Under the pieces are notes generated by a model. That model was not told where the DNA came from and did no database searches. It saw nothing but the letters and a program-made list of their open reading frames with translations. 64,000 bases of DNA from an uncultured Acidobacteriota bacterium (GTDB taxonomy: Bacteria > Acidobacteriota > Thermoanaerobaculia > UBA5066). The DNA lies in the NCBI GenBank assembly GCA_963798215.1, contig CAWCSP010000004.1, forward strand, positions 134,751 through 198,750. The letters are read 5' to 3'. Positions 36,701 to 45,747 of the stretch are shown one piece after another (within the stretch, counting starts at the first letter, position 1; every line of letters starts with the position of its first letter). The translations under genes were made by a program, and so were the position numbers.

Positions 36701-39153
36701 GCGTATCGCGGGCGTTCGGACGCGCGTGCCCCCCGGGGCGACGCGGGCTTCCTCCTCTACGACCCCAATGTCCCCCCCACCACGTGCGCCCTCGTGGGTG
36801 ACGCGGACCTGCCGCACATCGACCCGCCCACGCTCGACGAGAGCGCCGCGACGCCGGACCGGTTGCGACAGGACAACGGCGGTGCGGGCCCGTACGACTC
36901 CACCAAGCCCGACTACGCCTTCTTCGCCCTCGACACGACTTCGATCGTGAACGCGTTCCTGCAGATCGTGGCCGCGACCGCCGCCGGCGACTACTCGACG
37001 AGCGCGCCCGTCTCGGGCGGAGGCGTCTCGCTGGGCTCGATCGTCCTCCTGCCGTCCACGGAGTACCCGAGCTGGAAGGGCCACCTCCGGGCCTACGACA
37101 CGTCGAGCGGGACGAACGTCCTCAAGTGGGACGCCGCGGACGTCCTCAACAACCCGACACAGCCCTGGCAGCCCACGCCGGACAAGCGCGCCATCTACAC
37201 GTGGGACCCCGCGACCGGGACGCTGATCCCGGTGACCGCGGCAAACCTCGCGTCCCTGGTGGGGCTGGCCGGAGGGGACCCCGCGTTCACGGCGAACGTC
37301 GTGGACTTCATCCGCGGCTTCGACGGGACGCTCACGAACACGCCGCGCTTCAAGGCGGGGACGAACGCGTGCGACTCGACCGGATGGCTGCTCGGCCCCG
37401 TCGTCAACTCGACGCCGGCCGTCGTCGGCGGGCCGTACCAGTACAAGCAGTTCGGAAACGTCGCCGACCACCGGCCGTTCGAGGCCGTGTACGCGGCGCG
37501 CCGGCCGCTCGCGTGGGCAGGCTCGGACGACGGGCTGCTTCACGCCTTCGACTTCAACGACGGGACCGAGGTGATCGCGCTCCTGCCGCCGAACCTGCTC
37601 GCGAACGAGATCAAGCTCTACGCGAACTACGTCGCCGGGATCCCGATGAACGAGTACGTCACCGGCCAGGTGAGCCCGCTGGACCAGCACATCTGGGGCG
37701 TCGCGAACTCCCTCCGCTTCACGGACGTCTACTCTTCCGGGTTGGCCAGATGGTACCGCGGCCGGCTACAAGACGGTCGGGCTTCCTGACGGAAGGGCCC
37801 GGCGGCGACCTCATCGCCGCGATCGACGTCACGCACGTCTTCCCGGGGTACCCCACGGCGACGCCCCCGGTCCCCAACGACCCGAACTACGACTCGTCGA
37901 ACCCGGTCACGATCCTCTGGACGAAGAACTCCTCCGACTACACCGGCCTCTTCGGAAGCTGGAGCGTCCCGGCGGTCGCGGCCGACAACTTCTCGACGAA
38001 CCGGATGTTCTTCGGCGCGGGCATCAACCCGGCCAGCCTCCTGACGGCCTCCGTGGACGCGACCGCGTTCGTCGTCGACCCGACGGACGGGACCCTCAAC
38101 CACGCCGTCACGCTCACGAAGGTCGCGTCGCCCTCACCGCTCGTGGGCCAGCAGTCGTTCGCGGACGGCGTGTTCTTCCAGACCAAGGCGCCCGGCTACC
38201 TCCCGGACAACATCGCGGACCTCAGCCTCACGGCGGACCTCAACGGCCAGATCTGGTTCAACTGGAAGAACGGGGGGGCCGACTTCTCCGGAGCGCTGAG
38301 CTCGGCGGTCGGCATCGACCTCAACTCCGCGTCCGGCACGGTGAACGTCTTCACCACGGACTCGAACGGCATCACGACGGTGACGTCCGGCGCCGCCGGG
38401 CCGGCGTCTCCGCAGCCCGACTATTACTCTCCCGCGGCGACGGGTCAGGGGACGTCGGGCTGCCAGATCTACGCGATGGCGAGCGGAAGCCTCTACGAGA
38501 CGAGCCCGACCGTGTCGGGCTGGAACGTGAACCGCAGCGGCTCTCCGCCGTCCCCCTACGACTCCTCGCTGCCGGTATTCACGCCGTACCTCTACGTCGG
38601 CGTCGGCCCGAACAAGATCGGGGACCTCGCGTTCGGAGCGGCCCCGCTCGGCAAGGACCCGAACCAGCAGTACATCCTGAAACAGCGCATCGGCGGGGAG
38701 GTCCCGGACGCGATTCCGCTCCCGCCGGGCGATCCGGCGCTGGCGACCGGCCAGACGAAGCTCGGGCCGCGCACGCAGGTCACGTCCTCTCCGATCATGG
38801 TCGTGGACAGCACGGGCACGGGAGCGGAGAACGCGATCTTCCTGCTGTACGACCCGGACACGGGCTGCAACGGGACGTCGTACGTCGTGATCCTCACCTT
38901 CCAGTCCGGCACGGCGTGCACCGCGCCCACGATCGGGCCCGCGTCCGGCTCGCCCAACACGACGGGAATCGTGGTCCTGGGCGCCGGCCCCGGCGCCGCC
39001 AGCGGCATCACGTTCACGAACACGGGTCTCGTCGCCGCGCAGAGCGGCGTCGGTCCGACCGCGAGCGCGAGCCTCGTGTCCATCGGCATCGACATCAAGG
39101 CGCTCGCCGGGGTGCCGACCTTCCAGCCGGTCTGGTGGAGGGACGTGAAGTAA
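33720..39153 (+). pseudogene. pilY1: PilY1-like type IV pilus tip adhesin with ~385-aa Thr-Pro tandem-repeat linker. Coding sequence is split over four frame segments (about 3 frameshifts).
   Basis: ATG at 33720 (TGATG overlap with pilX), signal peptide. A TPTx repeat runs in frame 0 to ~34653 and continues in frame 1 from 34657, with an extra A in ACGCCGACG[A]GTGACG. Around 35585 it switches to frame 2 (...[12 protein letters not shown]...). This segment carries a vWA-like ILCTDGQSN motif and the PilY1 beta-propeller signature AGSDDGLLHAFDFNDGTEV. Around 37760 it switches to frame 1 (...GPGGDLIAAIDVTHVFPGYP..., the PilY1 C-terminus), ending at 39153. Confidence 0.7.
34005..35158 (+). repeat. 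Codon-periodic tandem repeat (ACG CCG ACG NNN)n encoding a (T-P-T-x)n linker inside pilY1
   Basis: ~1.15 kb of imperfect 12-nt units ([16 protein letters not shown]...). The same DNA read out of frame gives the D/H/A-rich pseudo-ORF. Confidence 0.8.
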
Positions 39154-39186
39154 TCGCGCCGGGCCGGTCCCGATAAGATCCCGCGC

Positions 39187-40434
39187 ATGGACGCGGGACC
39201 GGCCCGCCGGCGCTCCGCCGGCTTCTCCCTGGCGGAGCTGCTGCTCACGCTCGCCCTTCTCGCCCTCGTCGTGTGGGTCGTCCTGCGCATCGTGGACCGC
39301 GGGACGCGGATCCGGGACGCGGCGCCGCCCATGACGGGCCCCGAGGCGGTCCTCGACGCGGCCTTCCGGATGGTCCTGAAGGACGTGCAGGCTGCCGGAA
39401 CCGGCGGCCTCCCCGCGCGCGACGCGTTCCGGCCGGTCGCGGACAACACTCCGGCGGCGGGCCGCGCCGCGTATCGGACGGTCCGGGGCGAAGCAGTTGC
39501 GGTCCGGCCCGGCACGGACCAGCTCGGCCTGAGGGGCGTCATCCGGTCTCCACTGGTGCCCCTGGAGCCACGCGTCCCCGGGACGGACGAGCCCGTATCC
39601 ACCCGCATGCGCGAGCGCCCGGACGCCGTGCCCGTCCGAGCCCCCTCCGGCGCCGGGACGGCGGCGGCGCGCGCCCGCCTCGCGGAAGTCTCCGCGTCGG
39701 GGAAGGCGTTCTTCCTCGTGGGCGACACCGCGGGACTGTGGGCCGTTGCGCGGGTCGCGTCGTCCGCGCCGGGCCCGGGCGAGGGCCCGCTCGACCTCGT
39801 CCTCGACTTCACGGACCCCGACGCGCGCGCCCTGAACGGGGACGGCGGACCCGACGCCTGCGCGCACCTCGGGGACGCCGCCTCCGGCGGCGTCTTCGAC
39901 GATCTCGTCTGGTTCGTCGCGGAAGGGCCCGCGGGCGTCCCGCCCGACTACGTGAGAGGGAGCGATCCGGACTCGCTCCGCCATCCTCATCCGTACCTCG
40001 CCGTCGGCGTCGCGGCCGGAAACGGCCGGTGGGAGATCCGGGAAGCCGGCGAGGACGTCGAGGACCTGCAGGTGGCCTGGGGGTTCGCGGGCGCGACGCC
40101 CGGCCTCGAGTGGCGCGGCGACGCGCCGAAAAGCGCGGTCCCGGGCCCGGACGATCTCGCGGACCTTCCCGGACGCCCCAGACTCGAGGCGCTCCGGATC
40201 GCCCTCGTCGCCCGGTCGCCCCTGCGCTTGCCGCGCAGCAGCGGATCGCCCGCGCCGGAATTCACGGTCCCGCTGAACGGGCCCGCGCCGGGCTCGGTGT
40301 TCGGGGGGGCGCCGATCGGATGGGACGCAGAACCGCGACGCCGGATTCGTTTCGACCGCGAGGTGCGCGAGGAGCTCGTCAAGCTGCCCGCGCTCGCCGG
40401 GGCGCGGCTGGGACGCGCCGCCCACGGGGTGTAA
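39187..40434 (+). CDS. Pilin-like protein with prepilin-type N-terminus (minor pilin, 415 aa)
   Basis: MDAGPARRRSAG|FSLAELLLTLALLALVVWVVL. Follows pilY1, as pilE/fimU-like genes often do. Confidence 0.6.
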   Translation: MDAGPARRRSAGFSLAELLLTLALLALVVWVVLRIVDRGTRIRDAAPPMTGPEAVLDAAFRMVLKDVQAAGTGGLPARDAFRPVADNTPAAGRAAYRTVRGEAVAVRPGTDQLGLRGVIRSPLVPLEPRVPGTDEPVSTRMRERPDAVPVRAPSGAGTAAARARLAEVSASGKAFFLVGDTAGLWAVARVASSAPGPGEGPLDLVLDFTDPDARALNGDGGPDACAHLGDAASGGVFDDLVWFVAEGPAGVPPDYVRGSDPDSLRHPHPYLAVGVAAGNGRWEIREAGEDVEDLQVAWGFAGATPGLEWRGDAPKSAVPGPDDLADLPGRPRLEALRIALVARSPLRLPRSSGSPAPEFTVPLNGPAPGSVFGGAPIGWDAEPRRRIRFDREVREELVKLPALAGARLGRAAHGV

Positions 40435-40468
40435 AATCCGTCGTGCGGATCGTGCGGAGGGAGGGCCC

Positions 40469-41359
40469 ATGCGTCGGCTTCTGATGATCGCCACGGCGGT
40501 CTTCGCGGGTGTTGCGGCCGTCGCCGGGGCCGACGAGATCTGGCTCAAGGACGGACACTCGATCACGACGAAAAAGCCGGTCGTCACGAAAGGGGCGAAC
40601 GCCCTCATCACGACGGTGGACGGCGTGCTCCTCTCGGTTCCGCTCTCGGAGATCGACCAGGCGAAGACGGCCGAGGAAAGGGCGCGCGCGACGATCCCGA
40701 CGCCGGAGCCGACCCCGAACCTCATGAAGGCCATGACACCCGCCGACGCCGCGCGCCAGAATAGCGGCCGCAAGTCCGTCGTCACGCTGACGGACGACTC
40801 CGTGGCGCACGGCTTCGGCGACGAGACGGCCGAACAGAAGCCCGGCGATGTCGAAGGGCGCGTCGAGGTCACGAACACGACCGCGACGCGCACGAAGGAC
40901 GGGTATGCCTTCACGGGCAGCGTCCTGAATGCCGGGGGCGGTCCCGTCAGCGCGGTGTCCGTGACGATCGAATTCGTCGGGAAGGACGGGAAGACGTTCT
41001 CCTCCACGTACGCGAACGTCGCGAAGGATTCGCTCGGGCCCGGCGAGAAGTCCGCGTTCACCGCGAGCGCACCGCTCGAGGGCGAGGCCGCGTCGTTCCG
41101 CTACCAGGCGCGCTGGCAGAGCGTCACCCCGGTCCGGAAGGCGGACGACAAGGGGCAGCCGGGCGCCAAGGGGAACGCGGCAGCCGAAGCCGAGCCGACG
41201 CCCGTGCCGACGCCGTCGCCCGTGCCCACGCTCGTGCCGATCCCGCGCCCCGACGTGGCGCCCCCGCCGGCGGCCGCTCCGATCGGCAACCCGGCGAACG
41301 GCGTGTTCCTGCCGCCGCCCGACGTCCCGCAGACGACGGCGAAGCCGCCGTCCTCGTGA
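40469..41359 (+). CDS. Secreted hypothetical protein with Pro-rich C-terminus
   Basis: Signal peptide MRRLLMIATAVFAGVAAVAGA. Coding-like composition. C-terminal PTPVPTPSPVPTLVPIPRP. Confidence 0.5.
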   Translation: MRRLLMIATAVFAGVAAVAGADEIWLKDGHSITTKKPVVTKGANALITTVDGVLLSVPLSEIDQAKTAEERARATIPTPEPTPNLMKAMTPADAARQNSGRKSVVTLTDDSVAHGFGDETAEQKPGDVEGRVEVTNTTATRTKDGYAFTGSVLNAGGGPVSAVSVTIEFVGKDGKTFSSTYANVAKDSLGPGEKSAFTASAPLEGEAASFRYQARWQSVTPVRKADDKGQPGAKGNAAAEAEPTPVPTPSPVPTLVPIPRPDVAPPPAAAPIGNPANGVFLPPPDVPQTTAKPPSS

Positions 41360-41381
41360 CCGCGCGGCCGGCCGGCCCCGC

Positions 41382-42743
41382 ATGAGCGCGGAGATCCTGC
41401 TCGTCGAGGACCGCGAGTCGCTGCGCGCGATGCTCGCCGAGACGCTCGCGAACGAGGGCTACACCGTCGAGCCCGTCGCGACGGGCGAGGAGGCGGTGCG
41501 CCGGCTCGGCGAGGGGCGCCGCTACGGCCTCATCCTCACGGACCTCAAGATGCCGGGCGCCGACGGCATCGCCGTCCTGAAGGCGGCGGTCGCCGCGGAC
41601 CCGTCCGTCCCCGTCGTCGTCCTCACGGGCTTCGGGACGGTCGAGACCGCGGTCACGGCGATGAAGTGCGGCGCCGCCGACTTCCTCAGCAAGCCCGTCG
41701 ACCCGGACCTGCTGCTCCTCCTCGTCGAGCGGCACGTGCGCGCGCGCCGCTCGGCGGTCGCCCGCGTCCTGCTCGCCGAGGAGGCCGGGCTCACCGGCAT
41801 GCCGCGGATCGTCGGCTCCTCGCGCGCGCTCGCCGAGGCCCTCGAGCGCGTCCGCCACGCCGCGCCGTCCGACGTCACGGTCCTCCTGACCGGGGAGTCG
41901 GGCACCGGCAAGGAGCTCTTCGCCCGCGCCCTCCACGCCCTGTCGCCGCGCGCGCCCGGACCGTTCGTTGCCGTGAACGTCGCGGCGCTTCCGGAAAGCC
42001 TCGTCGAGAACGAGCTCTTCGGCCACGAGCGCGGCGCCTACACGGGCGCGACGGACCGCCGCGCGGGACGCTTCGAGCTCGCGGACGGGGGGACGCTCTT
42101 TCTCGACGAGATCGGGGATCTCCCGCCGGCGGCCCAGACGAAGCTCCTGCGCGTCGTCGAGGAGCGGACGTTCCTGCGCGTCGGCGGGACGGTGCCGATC
42201 AGCGTGGACGTGCGGCTCGTCGCGGCGACGAACCGCGACCTCGGTCAGCGCGTGAAGGCCGGCGCCTTCCGCGAGGACCTGTTCTACCGTCTCGACGTGT
42301 TCCCGGTGCACCTTCCGCCGCTGCGCTCGCGGCCGGAGGACATCCCGGCGCTCGCGAAGAGCTTCGCGGCCGCCGCCGCCCGGCAGATCAAGAAGAGGGA
42401 GCCGGCGCTCTCGCCCGGCGCCATCGAGAGGCTCGTCGCGCACGACTGGCCCGGGAACGTGAGGGAGCTGCGCAACGTGATGGAGCGCGCCGTGCTGCTC
42501 GCCCCGGGAGAGGTCGTGCGTCCCGCCGACGTCGTCGTGGGCCTTCCGGGCGAGAGCGCGCCCCCGCACCCGACACTCGACGGGACGCTCGAGGAGACCG
42601 CGGAACGCTGGAAGCGCGCCGGCGAGGCCGCCCGCATCCGGCGCGCGCTGGACGAGACCGGCGGGGACAAGACCCGCGCCGCGGAGGACCTCGGCGTGAA
42701 CGTCCGGCGCCTCGTCCAGCGGATGAAGGAGCTCGGGCTCTAG
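41382..42743 (+). CDS. pilR: Sigma-54-dependent response regulator (NtrC family; PilR-like)
   Basis: Receiver domain (DLKMPG, D54-like). AAA+ sigma-54 interaction domain with GESGTGKE Walker A and the [17 protein letters not shown]-like motif. C-terminal HTH. Confidence 0.85.
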   Translation: MSAEILLVEDRESLRAMLAETLANEGYTVEPVATGEEAVRRLGEGRRYGLILTDLKMPGADGIAVLKAAVAADPSVPVVVLTGFGTVETAVTAMKCGAADFLSKPVDPDLLLLLVERHVRARRSAVARVLLAEEAGLTGMPRIVGSSRALAEALERVRHAAPSDVTVLLTGESGTGKELFARALHALSPRAPGPFVAVNVAALPESLVENELFGHERGAYTGATDRRAGRFELADGGTLFLDEIGDLPPAAQTKLLRVVEERTFLRVGGTVPISVDVRLVAATNRDLGQRVKAGAFREDLFYRLDVFPVHLPPLRSRPEDIPALAKSFAAAAARQIKKREPALSPGAIERLVAHDWPGNVRELRNVMERAVLLAPGEVVRPADVVVGLPGESAPPHPTLDGTLEETAERWKRAGEAARIRRALDETGGDKTRAAEDLGVNVRRLVQRMKELGL

Positions 42744-44110
42744 CGGGAGGGCGCGGACTCGAGCGCGGCGCCGAGGTCGGCGTCCTCCTCTTCCGCGACG
42801 CTGCGCAGGTCGAGGAGGACGCGGCCGTCCTCGATCCGCGCGACGACGGGGAGCGCGCCGGCGCGCAGGGCCGCGGCGAGCGCGTCGGCGGAGAGGCCGG
42901 GGCGGCGGAGCGCGACGGCCGCCGAGGGCAGCGTCGACTCCGCGCCGGCGCCGCCTCCCGCGACCGCCGTCGACGCCACGGCCTCCGCCTCGAAGCCCGA
43001 CGAGCGCGCCCGCGCGGCCAGCTTTTCTGCACGGATTCGCAGGGAGTCCAATGAAGCCCCGAGCATCCGGAAGAACGGGACCTCGCCGCTCCGGTCCGAG
43101 AGGTGGAGGTCGAGCGTGGCGGCGAGGGCGCCGAGGACGAGCTTGTCCGGGCGCAGCGCGCGCGCGAGCGGGTTTTTCGCGGCCCTCGCGACGAGGTCCG
43201 CCCGGCCGATGAGGATCCCCGCCTGCGGGCCGCCGAGCACCTTGTCGCCCGAGAAGCACACGAGGTCGGCCCCGGCGTCGAGAGCCTCGAGCGGCACGGG
43301 CTCGTCCGCGAGTCCCGGCTCCTCGAAGCGGCGCGGCGCGCCCGCGCCGGCGTCGTAGACGAGCGGAATGCCGCGCGAGCGCGTGAGCGCGGCGAGCGCC
43401 GCGAGGGGAACCTCCTCCGTGAAGCCGACGATGCGGTAGTTGGACGGTCGCACCTTGAGGACAACCGCGGCGCCCGCGTCGAGCGCCTCGAGATAGTCCG
43501 CCTCCGCCGTCCTGTTCGTCGTCCCGACCTCGAGGAGCGACGCCCCGCTCCTGGCGAGGATCGACGGGACGCGGAAGTCGCCGCCGATCGCGACGAGCTC
43601 GCCGCGCGACACGGCCACGGGCCTGCCGTTCGCGAGCGTGTCGAGGGCGAGGAGGAGCGCCGCCGCCGCGTTGTTCACGGCGAGGGCGTCGACGCCCGGC
43701 CGGCCCTTCGCGAAGAGCTCGAGGAGCAGGGGGCGGACGTGCTCGCCGCGCCGCCCGCGCCCGCCGGTCGCGAGGTCGAGCTCGAGCGTCGAGAACCCCG
43801 CGGCGCGTGCGGCGGCCTCGACGGCGGCCGTCGCGAGCGGGGCGCGGCCGAGGTTCGTGTGGAGGAGGACGCCCGTGGCGTTCAGGACGCGCACGGGTCC
43901 CGCCGCGGGACGGGCCGCGAGGCGCTCCCCGGCATCACGGAGGATCTCCTCCTCGGCGGAGCCGGCGGGCGCCCCGCGCCAGCGCGCGGCGGCCTCGCGC
44001 AGGGCGGTCTTCGCGCGCTCGCGGCCGTGCCGCCCGGCCAGGGCGCGCCCGGCGGGGGTGTCGAGGAGGCGGTCCATCGCGGGCGGCCGCGGGCCGGAGT
44101 CCATGGTCAC
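42740..44110 (-). CDS. selA: L-seryl-tRNA(Sec) selenium transferase
   Basis: 456 aa with SelA signatures (NATGVLLHTNLGRAPL, FSGDKVLGGPQAGILIG containing the PLP-lysine). Confidence 0.8.
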   Translation of the reverse strand: MTMDSGPRPPAMDRLLDTPAGRALAGRHGRERAKTALREAAARWRGAPAGSAEEEILRDAGERLAARPAAGPVRVLNATGVLLHTNLGRAPLATAAVEAAARAAGFSTLELDLATGGRGRRGEHVRPLLLELFAKGRPGVDALAVNNAAAALLLALDTLANGRPVAVSRGELVAIGGDFRVPSILARSGASLLEVGTTNRTAEADYLEALDAGAAVVLKVRPSNYRIVGFTEEVPLAALAALTRSRGIPLVYDAGAGAPRRFEEPGLADEPVPLEALDAGADLVCFSGDKVLGGPQAGILIGRADLVARAAKNPLARALRPDKLVLGALAATLDLHLSDRSGEVPFFRMLGASLDSLRIRAEKLAARARSSGFEAEAVASTAVAGGGAGAESTLPSAAVALRRPGLSADALAAALRAGALPVVARIEDGRVLLDLRSVAEEEDADLGAALESAPSR

Positions 44111-44133
44111 GGAATGTAGACTACTTCGTGGCC

Positions 44134-44772
44134 ATGCCGGTTTCGATCGAGCGCGACCTCGACATTCTCGAGAAGGGCCTCACCTTGCTCAAGGTCGAGT
44201 ACGAGCGCTTCTTCGCGGGTGGCCTGAAGACGCCTCCCGCCGCGTCCCGCCGGAGGCTCGACGAGCACCTGCGGCGAGTCGGGAACGTCGAGCTCGACCG
44301 GGCCGCCGAGAAGTTCCGGCTCCAGGCGCTCGAGAGCCGCTACACGGCGATGAAGGAGCTCTGGGACAAGCGTCTGGCCGCGAAGGAAGAGGGGAGGAGC
44401 CTCCTCCGCGTGACGCGGACCGCCTCGGCCCCCCCGCCGGCCCCCCCGGCGCCGCCGCCGGCCGCGGCGCCGCCGCCAGCCCGCCGGTCGAAGACGGTGT
44501 CCTCCGACGGGGAGGCCTCGACCTCCGTAAAAGCGATCGGACGGGGCGACATGAGGTCGCTCTTCGACCGTTTCTGCGCGGCGCGTGTGGCGGCCGGGGA
44601 GGACGTGTCGAAGCTCCGTTACGAGCGATTCGAGGACCTGGTGAAGAAACAGGCTGCCGAGATCCGAAGGGCGACGGGCGCGACGCGTCTCGCGTTCGAG
44701 GTCCAGACGCGCGACGGGAAGGTCCGCCTCGTCGGCCGACCGCTGTCCGCGCCCGCGAAAGGGAACCCATGA
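44134..44772 (+). CDS. Hypothetical protein (alpha-helical, Pro/Ala-rich linker)
   Basis: Coding-like composition and codon bias. ATGA overlap with the next gene. Confidence 0.45.
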   Translation: MPVSIERDLDILEKGLTLLKVEYERFFAGGLKTPPAASRRRLDEHLRRVGNVELDRAAEKFRLQALESRYTAMKELWDKRLAAKEEGRSLLRVTRTASAPPPAPPAPPPAAAPPPARRSKTVSSDGEASTSVKAIGRGDMRSLFDRFCAARVAAGEDVSKLRYERFEDLVKKQAAEIRRATGATRLAFEVQTRDGKVRLVGRPLSAPAKGNP

Positions 44773-45740
44773 CGACTGCCCGAAGCCTCCGCTCCGCCGC
44801 CGTTCTCTTCCTTCTGGCGCTCGGCCTGCCTGCGGCGGCCAAGGACGTCTACAAAGGGTTTCTCGATCCCGGCAACCCGCAGCACCGGGCGACGCTCGAC
44901 ATCCTCGCACGCCTCGAGAAGACGCCGAACGACGCGTCGCTCCACAACGACCTCGGCTGCCTGATCGCGCGGGACGGCTTCTGGCGCGACGCCCTGCGCG
45001 AGTTCGAGACCGCCGAGAAGCTCGACAAGAAGGACGGCCGCGCGCCGTACAACGCGGGCCTCGTCCAGATGACGCGCGGCGAGTGGGGCTCGGCGCGGTC
45101 GGCGTTCAAGAAGTCCGTCGACCGCGACCCGGGAAACTGGCCCGGGTGGTGGATGCTCGGCTTTGCCGAGGAAAAGCTCGGGAACGCGGATTCCGCGGTC
45201 AAGGCCTACGCGCACTCGCTGCGGGTGGACACGTCGCTCTTCGACGTGAAGCGCAATCCGTATGCGGTGCAGTCGCGCCTGAAGGCGCGCGTGTTGCTCG
45301 TGACGTACGACGCGCGCATCGCCCGCGCGGCGCTGCCCCTGACCGAGCAGCTCGCCCAGCCCGAGATCCTGACGGCGTTCCAGTCCGGCCACGTCTCCGT
45401 CGCGACGGCGCCCGGCTCCGTCGTCCCCGAAGACCCGCGCGTGCACGCGGCCGTCCCGGTGGGACCGGGCGGCGGCCCGGCGGGTCCTGCCGTGGCGGCG
45501 CCGGCCGGGGGCGGCGCGGTCGTGACGTCCGTTCCTCCCGTGAGCTCGAGCCGCCCGTCTCCTCCAGCGCCCGCGTCCGGGGCCGTCCGGCCCGCGGGCT
45601 CCGGCGGCCTCGAGGAAGCGCCGCCGTGGTTCCCGCAGACGTCGCCCGCCGGCCCCGCCCCGCCGAAGGCGCCTCAGGCTCCGAGCACGACGAATCCCGG
45701 CAGTACGCCTCCGCCGGCTCCGGGCCCCGGCGTCGGCTGA
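44769..45740 (+). CDS. Secreted TPR-repeat protein with Pro-rich C-terminal tail
   Basis: Signal peptide, then TPR-like helices (ASLHNDLGCLIARDGFWRDALREFETAEKLD..., GWWMLGFAEEKLGNADSAVKAYAHSL). Confidence 0.6.
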   Translation: MTTARSLRSAAVLFLLALGLPAAAKDVYKGFLDPGNPQHRATLDILARLEKTPNDASLHNDLGCLIARDGFWRDALREFETAEKLDKKDGRAPYNAGLVQMTRGEWGSARSAFKKSVDRDPGNWPGWWMLGFAEEKLGNADSAVKAYAHSLRVDTSLFDVKRNPYAVQSRLKARVLLVTYDARIARAALPLTEQLAQPEILTAFQSGHVSVATAPGSVVPEDPRVHAAVPVGPGGGPAGPAVAAPAGGGAVVTSVPPVSSSRPSPPAPASGAVRPAGSGGLEEAPPWFPQTSPAGPAPPKAPQAPSTTNPGSTPPPAPGPGVG

Positions 45741-45747
45741 GATCCCG

